64,000 nucleotides of DNA from Nitrospirota bacterium (GCA_016207905.1 JACQZC010000055.1:5998-69997); one strand, 5' to 3'. Positions 1 through 7,771 are shown, numbered from the stretch's first letter. The notes: generated by a model from the letters alone, not told the origin. Numbers and translations are program-made.

Positions 1-789
1 GTGGTGGAGCTTTTACTTTCAGAGGATGAGGATGTAGCATTTCGCATTGCCAAAGGCATGGATAAAATAAACTCTGATAGACAGAAAATAGAAGAATCCG
101 TGTATAACTCAGCCTACAGGATGCTCGGTCAGATGCCACTCACCTCTGCAATAGTTTTATGGGCAGAGGGCTGGCATGAAGGAGTAATTGGAATTGTGGC
201 AGGTAAGATTGCAGATGCCTTTAAGAGACCAACATTTATACTTTCCATTAAAGACGGGGTGGCAAAGGGCTCTGCAAGAAGCATCCCTCAATTCGATATA
301 CATAAAGGACTTTCGGACTGTAAAGGGCTTTTGATGGCATTTGGAGGACACCCTCAGGCAGTAGGTCTCAGGCTAAGCATCGATAACCTTAATCCATTTA
401 AAGAAAAAATCACAGCCATCGTAGAGTCAGAGGTCAAAGACTTCATACCCGCCCTTGAAATAGATGCCCATATAGACATTAACGAGATAACCTTTGGACT
501 TGTAAGGGAGATTTCCTCTTTAGAGCCATTTGGCTATGGGAATTCAGAGCCCATTTTTGGCTCAAAAAACTTGACTCCAATCAACCCAAGGGTAGTCGGA
601 GAAAAGCACCTCAAGATGAAGCTCAAGGGCAATGGCAAGGCAGTAGAGGCAATTGGCTTTGATATGGGAGGCTTCATGGAGAAACTTGAGGAATCCGATA
701 CGATAGATGCAGCCTATACGGTAAACATAAACGAGTGGGAAGGAGGCAGAACCCTTCAGCTTAATCTTAAGGGGTTACGAGCCCAGTAG
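1..789 (+). CDS. recJ: Single-stranded-DNA-specific exonuclease RecJ, C-terminal part (N-terminus lies outside the window)
   Basis: Frame is open from base 1. It carries a DHHA1-type motif GGHPQAVGL and a RecJ-like C-terminal tail (NEWEGGRTLQL). Confidence 0.8.
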   Translation: MVELLLSEDEDVAFRIAKGMDKINSDRQKIEESVYNSAYRMLGQMPLTSAIVLWAEGWHEGVIGIVAGKIADAFKRPTFILSIKDGVAKGSARSIPQFDIHKGLSDCKGLLMAFGGHPQAVGLRLSIDNLNPFKEKITAIVESEVKDFIPALEIDAHIDINEITFGLVREISSLEPFGYGNSEPIFGSKNLTPINPRVVGEKHLKMKLKGNGKAVEAIGFDMGGFMEKLEESDTIDAAYTVNINEWEGGRTLQLNLKGLRAQ

Positions 790-801
790 GAGCTATCTAA
801 T

Positions 802-2187
802 ATGAATAACTCAGACACGATAACTGCCATATCCACGCCAGTAGGCGAGGCAGGAATAGGCATAGTGAGAATGAGCGGAAGAAATGCCATTCAGATAGCA
901 GATACGCTTTTTAGCTCCAGAAAGTTTGAATCCCTCCATGAGGTCGAATCTCATAGGGTGCTTTATGGGGTCATCAAAGACCCTGAAACCAATGAGACGG
1001 TCGATGAGGTGCTTATAACCGTCATGAGGCAACCTCGAACCTATACAAAAGAAGACATAGTGGAGATAAACTGCCATGGAGGATTTATCCCTCTGAGAAG
1101 GGCACTTGAGCTAACACTAAAGCAGGGGGCAAGACTTGCAGAGCCAGGAGAGTTCACAAAAAGGGCATTCTTGAATGGAAGGCTTGACCTCACACAGGCA
1201 GAAGCAGTCATAGACCTCATAAGGGCAAAAACAGATATTGCCGAAGGTATTGCCATAAAACAGTTAAAAGGCAGTATCAAAAATAAAATCGAGCCCCTGA
1301 GAGAAAGCCTCCTTAATATATGCGCCCACATCGAGGCATACATAGATTTCCCGGAAGAAGAAATAGAGCCTTCATCCGTGAGTGAGATTAAAACTCAAAT
1401 AAAAGGTGTCATTGACACCCTAAGAGAGCTATCGGCTTCTTACGAGGAAGGAAGACTCTTTAGAGATGGCATCTCAGTGGCAATCGTGGGAAAACCAAAT
1501 GTGGGCAAATCATCCATTCTTAATGCCCTGCTTCAAAAAGACAGGGCAATCGTCACAGAAGAGGTAGGCACAACCAGAGATGTCATAGAAGACTATATTA
1601 ATGTAAATGGTCTGCCTGTAAAGGTTATGGATACAGCAGGCATAAAAGAGGCTCATAACATGGCTGAAAAAGAAGCTATAAAAAGAAGCCTTCAGGCACT
1701 GGAGTCATCGGACATTGTCATAGCAGTAATCGATGGCTCTCAGGCACTTAAGGTAGAGGACTTTGAGGTCATAGAAAAGGCAATGAGGAAAAACTCCATA
1801 GTAGTCATTAATAAAAGCGACCTTCCACATGCTGACCTCGGATTTCCAAATGGCACTCCGTTCTTAAGGCTTTCTGCCAAAACAGGTGATGGCATGGGTA
1901 AACTCAAAGAGGCAATATTTGGCTCTGTAATGGGCAATGGCGTCCGTGGCAGCAATAAAGGAGGTGTCCGTGACACCCTCGTTACAAACATAAGGCACAA
2001 GGGTCAGATAGATACCTCGATTAAATGGCTTAATGCCACGGTTAATGCTATCGAAAAAAACGAGCCACTCGAGATAGTCGAAATGGAACTCAGGGAGGCA
2101 GTGAAAAGTCTCTCCGAACTCACAGGAAAGCTGACCCGAGAGGACATCCTTCATCGGATATTCAGCTCTTTCTGCATTGGGAAATGA
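802..2187 (+). CDS. mnmE: tRNA modification GTPase MnmE/TrmE
   Basis: G-domain motifs GKPNVGKSS and DTAG are present, the C-terminus is the hallmark CIGK, and AGGAG lies upstream. Confidence 0.95.
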   Translation: MNNSDTITAISTPVGEAGIGIVRMSGRNAIQIADTLFSSRKFESLHEVESHRVLYGVIKDPETNETVDEVLITVMRQPRTYTKEDIVEINCHGGFIPLRRALELTLKQGARLAEPGEFTKRAFLNGRLDLTQAEAVIDLIRAKTDIAEGIAIKQLKGSIKNKIEPLRESLLNICAHIEAYIDFPEEEIEPSSVSEIKTQIKGVIDTLRELSASYEEGRLFRDGISVAIVGKPNVGKSSILNALLQKDRAIVTEEVGTTRDVIEDYINVNGLPVKVMDTAGIKEAHNMAEKEAIKRSLQALESSDIVIAVIDGSQALKVEDFEVIEKAMRKNSIVVINKSDLPHADLGFPNGTPFLRLSAKTGDGMGKLKEAIFGSVMGNGVRGSNKGGVRDTLVTNIRHKGQIDTSIKWLNATVNAIEKNEPLEIVEMELREAVKSLSELTGKLTREDILHRIFSSFCIGK

Positions 2188-2190
2188 GGA

Positions 2191-3201
2191 ATGGATTACA
2201 GACTGACTGAAAAAGTAAAGGCTTCTGGCTGAGCCGCAAAGTTAGGTCCGGCGGACCTCGAAAAGATTATTAACTCAATCGAGCCAGAGAAAAACCCCTT
2301 GGTCATAATAGGCCCTGGGGACGATGCAGGCGTTTATATGCTCGATAAAGGTCTATCTATCGTGGAGACAGTGGACATAATCACCCCTGTTGTTAATGAG
2401 CCATTTACATTTGGCGCAATCAGCGCAGTGAACTCCCTTTCCGACATCTATGCAATGGGAGGTCGTCCCATGACTGCCCTTGCTCTCTTAGGGTTTTCCT
2501 CCTGCGATTACGAACCCGATGTCATAAAAAAAATACTAAGAGGTGCTATAGATATTCTGAGAAAAGCAGGCGTCTCCCTCATGGGCGGACATAGTTTCGA
2601 GGATTCCGAATTGAAATTTGGACTATCTGTTACGGGAAGAATAAATGAAAAGGAAATCTTAAGGTCAAAGGGCGCAAAGGCAGGAGACATCCTTATACTT
2701 ACAAAATCAATTGGTGTAGGAGTTCTTTCTACTACACTTAAGGCAGGAAAGATTAAAGATAAGGATATGAGGCATGCAATAGATTCCATGCTCTCATTAA
2801 ACGACAAGGCGGCATCCTCTGCCTTAAAGGCAGGCGCTACATCTGCAACCGATGTCACTGGCTTTGGCCTTCTTGGTCATGCATATAACATGGTAAGAGA
2901 CTCTAAGGTAGATTTCGAGATAAATGTAAAAGATGTTCCTGTGTTTGACATGGTAAGGGATTTCATCGAAGGAGGTATGATTCCCGAAAGAGCATATAAC
3001 AACCTTAGGTTCCTCGAAGGAATATTAGATTCAGGGAAATCATCGGAGGAAGACAGACTCCTTTTGTCTGACCCGCAGACATCAGGAGGGCTTTTGATTA
3101 GCCTTTCACCAGAGAAGGTGAAGACATTTAGAGGGGAGTCATTGACCCATTGGGTTATCGGAAGGGTTATAAATGGCAAAGGAAGAATCAGGCTAACTTG
3201 A
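2191..3201 (+). CDS. selD: Selenophosphate synthetase SelD with an in-frame TGA (selenocysteine) at 2230-2232
   Basis: The ORF track starts at 2299, but the same frame reads MDYRLTEKVKASG-TGA-AAKLGPADLEKII from the ATG at 2191. This matches the SelD N-terminal G(C/U)GxK loop, and the rest is AIR-synthase-like SelD. Confidence 0.85.
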
Positions 3202-4802
3202 TACTTCGACAAGCTCAGCACAGAGGCTATCTCTTACTTGTCCTTCATGCCCATCTTCCATATATAAGGCATCCTGAGCACGAATACTTCTTAGAGGAAA
3301 ACTGGCTCTATGAAGCACAAATAGAGACATATATCCCCCTGCTCGACCTCCTCGAAAGGCTCATCAACGATAAGGTTAATTTCAGGCTTACGCTTTCGCT
3401 GAGCCCTACGCTCGTGGAGATGTTTAAAGATAGTCTCCTTCAAAGGAGGTTTCTTTCTTATCTATTGAGATTGATAGAGCTTACAGAAAAAGAAATTCTA
3501 AGGACAAAAAAGGATGCAGAGCTCTCACCCATTTCAAAGCTCTATAACGAGCGACTGAAAAGGATAAGATATATCTACGAAGAGCATTTTGGCTCTGACT
3601 TAGTATCTCGAATAAATTGGCTTTCTCAAACAGACAGTATAGAGATAATCACGACCTCGGCAACCCATGCCTATCTTCCAAATCTTTCGGTTTTTCCAGA
3701 TGCAGTTAGAGCACAGATAAGCCTTGCCCTTTCAGAGCATAAGAGGAATTTCTCGGTGCCCTCAAAAGGCATGTGGCTTCCTGAATGCGGATATTACGAA
3801 GGGCTGGACCTGATACTCAAGGAAAACAATATAGGGTTTTTCTTTATGGAAGGTCATGGCATACTTCATGGCAAACCATGTCCCTCATATAGCGTATTTA
3901 AACCTGTAAGATGCACCTCGGGTGTGGTGGCATTCGGAAGGGACAGTGCATCTTCAAAAGAGGTCTGGAGTAGGACAGAAGGATACCCAGGTGACCCATT
4001 TTACAGGGATTTCTACAAGGACATTGGATTCGGGCTTCCTATGAGATACCTAAGGCCCTACATACATCCATGTGGAATAAGAATACCAACTGGCATAAAA
4101 TATTATCGCATAGGAGGAAAGAGGAAAAAGCCTTATGTTAGAAACATGGCTCTTAAGAGGGCAGAGGTTCATGCAAATGACTTTGTTATGAAAAGAAAAA
4201 GCCAGATAGAGGACTTAAACCTTAGATATAAGTTTAACCCTATCATCACTGCCTCATACGATGCAGAGCTTTTTGGGCATTGGTGGTTTGAAGGTATTGA
4301 TTGGCTCGAATACCTTCTGAGAAGATTACACCATGAGGATGCCATTAAGAGCATTACTGCCTCGGAGTATCTAAGAGAAGACCATGACCTTGAAACTGTA
4401 AGCCCTGCTATGTCAAGCTGGGGCAGGGGCGGATATGGCGACACATGGTGCAGTCCACGGAATAACTGGGCAGTAAGGCATGTGCATATGGCATCCAGAA
4501 GGATGTCTGAGCTTTTAAAGAGATTCCCTCAAACAGATAATCCACTTCTTAAAAGAACCCTGAATCAGGCACTAAGAGAGCTCCTTCTCATGCAGGCATC
4601 TGACTGGCTTTTTATGATTGAGACAGGCACATCTCCCCATTACGGAGAGGAAAGACTTCACCTACATATAAAGGCATTTGGAAGGCTTTATGATATGGCA
4701 ATGAAAGGTAAAATAGAGGAAGAGTTTGTCTTGGGGCTTGAAAGTAAAAACAATATATTCCCCTTTATAGACTACAGGGTCTATACTATATCGCAGGAAT
4801 AA
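3198..4802 (+). CDS. GH57-family 1,4-alpha-glucan branching enzyme-like protein
   Basis: The N-terminal GYLLLVLHAHLPYIRHPE motif is typical of GH57 branching enzymes. The likely start is TTG 3198, overlapping the selD stop as TTGA; the ORF-track ATG at 3150 would overlap selD by 52 nt. Confidence 0.8.
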   Translation: MILRQAQHRGYLLLVLHAHLPYIRHPEHEYFLEENWLYEAQIETYIPLLDLLERLINDKVNFRLTLSLSPTLVEMFKDSLLQRRFLSYLLRLIELTEKEILRTKKDAELSPISKLYNERLKRIRYIYEEHFGSDLVSRINWLSQTDSIEIITTSATHAYLPNLSVFPDAVRAQISLALSEHKRNFSVPSKGMWLPECGYYEGLDLILKENNIGFFFMEGHGILHGKPCPSYSVFKPVRCTSGVVAFGRDSASSKEVWSRTEGYPGDPFYRDFYKDIGFGLPMRYLRPYIHPCGIRIPTGIKYYRIGGKRKKPYVRNMALKRAEVHANDFVMKRKSQIEDLNLRYKFNPIITASYDAELFGHWWFEGIDWLEYLLRRLHHEDAIKSITASEYLREDHDLETVSPAMSSWGRGGYGDTWCSPRNNWAVRHVHMASRRMSELLKRFPQTDNPLLKRTLNQALRELLLMQASDWLFMIETGTSPHYGEERLHLHIKAFGRLYDMAMKGKIEEEFVLGLESKNNIFPFIDYRVYTISQE

Positions 4803-4829
4803 CTCTCACAAAAGGAAGGTAAATTATTT

Positions 4830-5017
4830 TTGAATATAAAGTTGATAGAGGATAAGCTCGGCTTTATAAATAAGGTGTCCTGAACAGGCTTGTCCATTTT
4901 TACCATGAAGTTTCCGACAGAGAGCTTTTTGAGATTTTAAGGAACAACCTTTCTGATATTGAGGATTTTGTCAAACAGGTTAAAAACTTTCTTGAAGCAT
5001 ATAGGCAAAAGAGGTAA
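4830..5017 (+). pseudogene. Relic of a HEPN/DUF86 (HepT-like) toxin gene, C-terminal third only
   Basis: It translates as ...IKLIEDKLGFINKVS* and then, in another frame, GVLNRLVHFYHEVSDRELFEILRNNLSDIEDFVKQVKNFLEAYRQKR*. This matches the DUF86 g-f-RNrLVHeY region, but with a frame break and the catalytic Arg replaced by Leu. Confidence 0.55.
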
Positions 5018-5036
5018 ATGTAAAACAACCTTTTGT

Positions 5037-5105
5037 GCTGTCCATGTGGCTGGGGTAACGAGAGATAAACCGAGAAGAAAGGAAGTGACGGCGAGTATTG
5101 TGTAA
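5037..5105 (+). repeat. Copy 1 of a conserved module encoding ...AVHVAGVTRDKPRRKEVTASIV*
   Basis: 58/69 nt identical to 46712-46783 plus one 3-nt indel. Eight of the 11 substitutions fall at third codon positions, and conservation stops at the shared TAA. Confidence 0.7.
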
Positions 5106-5146
5106 TTTTTATGCAAAAGGGGTTGTTTTTAAACCTAAAATTTTTC

Positions 5147-5176
5147 TTGACAGGGAAGGCGTGAATCTGATATTTT
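5147..5176 (+). promoter_or_regulatory. Putative sigma70-type promoter for the small-ORF operon
   Basis: TTGACA (5147-5152), 18 nt spacer, TATTTT (5171-5176). Confidence 0.35.
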
Positions 5177-5202
5177 CAGTCTGAGGTTTTTAAGGGGGAC
5201 AG

Positions 5203-5280
5203 ATGAAAATACAGCTTCCTCAGAGAATGGCTCAATACTTGCACTCACTTTTAGAACCTTACAAGAAGGGAGGATTATAA
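5203..5280 (+). CDS. Small ORF, 25 aa (MKIQLPQRMAQYLHSLLEPYKKGGL)
   Basis: An AAGGGGGA SD lies 4 nt upstream, and its stop abuts the next ATG (TAAATG). Confidence 0.3.
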   Translation: MKIQLPQRMAQYLHSLLEPYKKGGL

Positions 5281-5373
5281 ATGAATTTCAAAGAATTCGC
5301 TGGAGCTATTGTTTTAGCAGGAATTGTTCTTTTAATCATTGGGGGCATAAAGTACGCAAAAACTTACCATTAA
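5281..5373 (+). CDS. Small membrane peptide, 30 aa, possibly the N-terminal half of a frameshifted gene
   Basis: A strong SD (AAGGGAGGA) precedes it and it has one hydrophobic helix (FAGAIVLAGIVLLIIGGI). The -1 frame stays open into ORF 5466..5666. Confidence 0.4.
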   Translation: MNFKEFAGAIVLAGIVLLIIGGIKYAKTYH

Positions 5374-5465
5374 AGGAACTTCCAGCTAAGACCGTTTCCA
5401 CAGATAAAACAAAATCTACTTCATCGTCTGATGAATCTAAAACATCATCACAAAAAACTATAACC

Positions 5466-5666
5466 ATGTCTACAGAAGAGTTTTGGAAATCAGGACTCCA
5501 TCCATTGGCACAGATGGGTAAAAGTGCTGAGTTGGCGATGGAAAACAGGGGTCGTGATGAAAAAAGAGAACAAGCCAAAAGGATAATGGGCATGGGCATA
5601 TTTATTGTTCTTACTGGTTCTGCTATTGTGGTTTCTGTAAAAAAGGAGAAACCCAATGCCTCATGA
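5466..5666 (+). CDS. Small protein with a C-terminal TM helix, possibly the C-terminal half of the frameshifted gene
   Basis: This is an ORF-track entry. Its ATG has no SD, and its frame is open upstream back to the A5 run at 5358-5362. Confidence 0.35.
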   Translation: MSTEEFWKSGLHPLAQMGKSAELAMENRGRDEKREQAKRIMGMGIFIVLTGSAIVVSVKKEKPNAS

Positions 5667-5896
5667 ATCAAATAATTTTTGAGTGTGGGCGACCAACAAC
5701 GCCTAACACTTGAGTTTGCGCCGCTCCAATGACCCGGACCGACGTTGGAGTCGCTCCATGTGCCTGTTCTATTATTGAGATTAAGCCTGATCTTAGCAGG
5801 CACCAGGATGCAACTCCACAATTATCAAGAAAACGAGTATTAATCTGCCACTTTTCCGAACCCCCTCAAGAACTCCCGCATGAATTACATAAAGGT

Positions 5897-5926
5897 TTGA
5901 CATGGAATTTTCTGATGTGATAGAGT
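5897..5926 (+). promoter_or_regulatory. Putative promoter giving a leaderless TA transcript
   Basis: TTGACA (5897-5902), 18 nt spacer, TAGAGT (5921-5926), then ATG at 5933, 6 nt after the -10 box. Confidence 0.4.
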
Positions 5927-5932
5927 AATATC

Positions 5933-6154
5933 ATGCAGACAGTTACCATCTCTAAAAAAGAGTATGCAGAGTTGATTGAAAAGAAACTCCGCTACGAATA
6001 TCTCCATCAGATAATAGAGAGTGATATTTTTTCTCCCCCTCCGACAAAAGGCATTAAAGAAATCATTGGTGCTTTCAAAAAGACAGGTATTTACAATCAG
6101 AAGTTTATTGATAGCCTTGAGAAAGGACTTAAGCGCTCGTCGCATTTTAAATGA
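5933..6154 (+). CDS. Putative antitoxin (73 aa) of a type II TA pair
   Basis: It lies immediately upstream of the RelE/ParE-like gene and overlaps it by 4 nt (ATGA). Size and position fit an antitoxin, but I recognise no family motif. Confidence 0.55.
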   Translation: MQTVTISKKEYAELIEKKLRYEYLHQIIESDIFSPPPTKGIKEIIGAFKKTGIYNQKFIDSLEKGLKRSSHFK

Positions 6155-6399
6155 AAATCCTCCCTGTTCATCCTGAGATAGAGAAATATCTCAAACTCAG
6201 AAACATAGAAAAGAAATTTGAAAAACAGATAAACCTCTTTAAGGAAAATCCCTTTCATCCCGGCTTAAGGACGGAGTTGCTTGAGCCGAGAAAGATGAGA
6301 ATCTGGAGTTTCAGGATTAACAGGAAATACAGGGCGCTGTTTATTTTCCGTGAGAAAGATGTTGTCGAGATTATTGATGTAAATGATCATTATCAGTAG
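6151..6399 (+). CDS. RelE/ParE-superfamily toxin (82 aa)
   Basis: The C-terminal pattern WSFRINRKYRALFIFREKDVVEIIDVNDHY is typical of RelE/ParE toxins. Confidence 0.75.
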   Translation: MKILPVHPEIEKYLKLRNIEKKFEKQINLFKENPFHPGLRTELLEPRKMRIWSFRINRKYRALFIFREKDVVEIIDVNDHYQ

Positions 6400-6527
6400 G
6401 GTGCCAAGCCTTGTGAATTAAGAACCATCGTAAGCGCTATCCTGCTTGGGACAAATTAATGAGAGATAATTCGGATACATAGATGAGATGTTTCATCAGC
6501 AAAAACGACTTGAGCACAGGGAAACCC

Positions 6528-7442
6528 CTACGGAAGAAGTCTCTCATAAGGATAAGACTTCAGATATGCCATGAACTCATCTGATGCATAAGAGTGGATA
6601 CTGTTACGGTTAAATATAAGCGAGAAGTCCCTCAGCATTTTTACCTCCTTAAACCCGAGGGCATTAATAGTGCCGTATCTTAGCTCTTTTCTAACAGCCC
6701 ATTTTGACACTATGGAGATGCCTATTCCGTTTTCAACTGACTCTTTTATTGCTTCTGTAGAGCCAATCACAGCGGATATCTCCATGTCCTGAGTGGTTAT
6801 GCCTTTTTTGTTGAGATACTTTTCAATGACCTGTCTTGTGCCTGAGCCGTCTTCCCTTAATATAAAAGGCTCTTTTGTAATCTCATGGATAGAAACCTCT
6901 TTTCTTTTTGCCCATGGATGAAATGGTGCAACTATCAGGGAAAGCTCATCCGAGACTAATTTTTCGGTCATCACCTTATACTTTGTGACCTCGCCCTCGA
7001 CAAGCCCTAAATTCAGGTTGCCTGCCTTCAGGAACTCCACGATTCTTTTTGTATTGCCGACAATGAGCTGGATTTTTATCTTCGGGTATGCCCTCTTAAA
7101 GTCCGCTATTACGGTTGGCAGAAGATAATTGCCGATTGTGGTGCTTGTGCCTACTGCAATCGAACCCTTTACAAGCCCTGTTACAGCACCTATGTCTTTT
7201 TCTATCGATGCATAAAGAGCAAGAATCTCCTTTGCGTACCTATAAAGGATTTCGCCTGCCCTTGTGAGCGTAACAGTGCTCGATGATCTGTCAAAAAGCT
7301 TTGTCTCAAAAGCCTCCTCTATGGTCTGTATCTGAAGGCTTACCGCAGGCTGGGTCAGATGTATAATCTCGGATGCCTTAGAAAAGCTCTTTGTCTCTGC
7401 AACTGTGCAGAAAACCTTTAGTTTGTGGTTTTCGAGTCCCAT
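6528..7442 (-). CDS. LysR-family transcriptional regulator
   Basis: N-terminal wHTH (FSKASEIIHLTQPAVSLQIQTIE) followed by a LysR substrate-binding domain of the expected length. Confidence 0.9.
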   Translation of the reverse strand: MGLENHKLKVFCTVAETKSFSKASEIIHLTQPAVSLQIQTIEEAFETKLFDRSSSTVTLTRAGEILYRYAKEILALYASIEKDIGAVTGLVKGSIAVGTSTTIGNYLLPTVIADFKRAYPKIKIQLIVGNTKRIVEFLKAGNLNLGLVEGEVTKYKVMTEKLVSDELSLIVAPFHPWAKRKEVSIHEITKEPFILREDGSGTRQVIEKYLNKKGITTQDMEISAVIGSTEAIKESVENGIGISIVSKWAVRKELRYGTINALGFKEVKMLRDFSLIFNRNSIHSYASDEFMAYLKSYPYERLLP

Positions 7443-7495
7443 AACTTTTGCTTATTATAAGATAAGCTTATAAAATATTTCAACCCTTAAGTTTT

Positions 7496-7550
7496 CTTTT
7501 GTCAAACATTCTATAGATTTTACCTTTCTGGTATGGTAATTTGACAAAAG
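7496..7550. promoter_or_regulatory. Perfect 11-bp inverted repeat carrying two divergent TTGACA boxes
   Basis: CTTTTGTCAAA (7496-7506) and TTTGACAAAAG (7540-7550). Each arm holds a TTGACA, one facing lysR (-) and one facing the tRNA genes (+). A TTATAAG-N5-CTTATAA palindrome at 7455-7473 is a possible LysR box. Confidence 0.4.
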
Positions 7551-7581
7551 GAAACTTTATGTAGTTAAATAAAAATTCGAA

Positions 7582-7654
7582 GGGCGGATAGCTCAGTTGG
7601 GAGAGCGCGGCCCTTACAAGGCTGAGGTCACAGGTTCAAGCCCTGTTCCGCCTA
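7582..7654 (+). tRNA. tRNA-Val (anticodon TAC)
   Basis: I folded the cloverleaf by hand: acceptor GGGCGGA/TCCGCCT, anticodon loop CTTACAA, T-loop TTCAAGC. No CCA is encoded. Confidence 0.9.
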
Positions 7655-7697
7655 CTTAAAGGAGACCACAAAAATCTTGCGATTTTTTGTGGATAGT

Positions 7698-7771
<74 letters not shown>

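Noticed and set aside
5037-5105. Resemblance of the conserved module (GGUAACG, AGAGAnAAACCG, GGAAGUGACGG) to RNase P RNA or SRP RNA segments.
   Set aside because: The matches are short purine-rich strings. The third-position substitution bias, the 3-nt indels and the Arg codon-family switch among the copies point to a coding origin rather than a structured RNA.
5681-5775. A locally GC-richer patch with a CTCCAA-N15-TTGGAG hairpin (5724-5750), considered as a possible ncRNA or tRNA fragment.
   Set aside because: I found no cloverleaf, T-loop or known RNA motif. The stem is only 6 bp, and I could not recognise any translated frame. It stays unexplained, and the evidence is too weak to call.
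5336-5821. 161-aa - strand ORF spanning the small-ORF operon and the GC-richer patch.
   Set aside because: It has no SD and no recognisable motif, and it overlaps SD-led + strand small ORFs. It is most likely spurious.
7666-7692. An AT-rich 11-bp hairpin (CCACAAAAATC-TTGC-GATTTTTTGTGG) between tRNA-Val and tRNA-Asp, considered as a terminator.
   Set aside because: It has no downstream U-tract, and the two tRNAs are most simply co-transcribed. It is more likely a processing-site structure and not separately callable.
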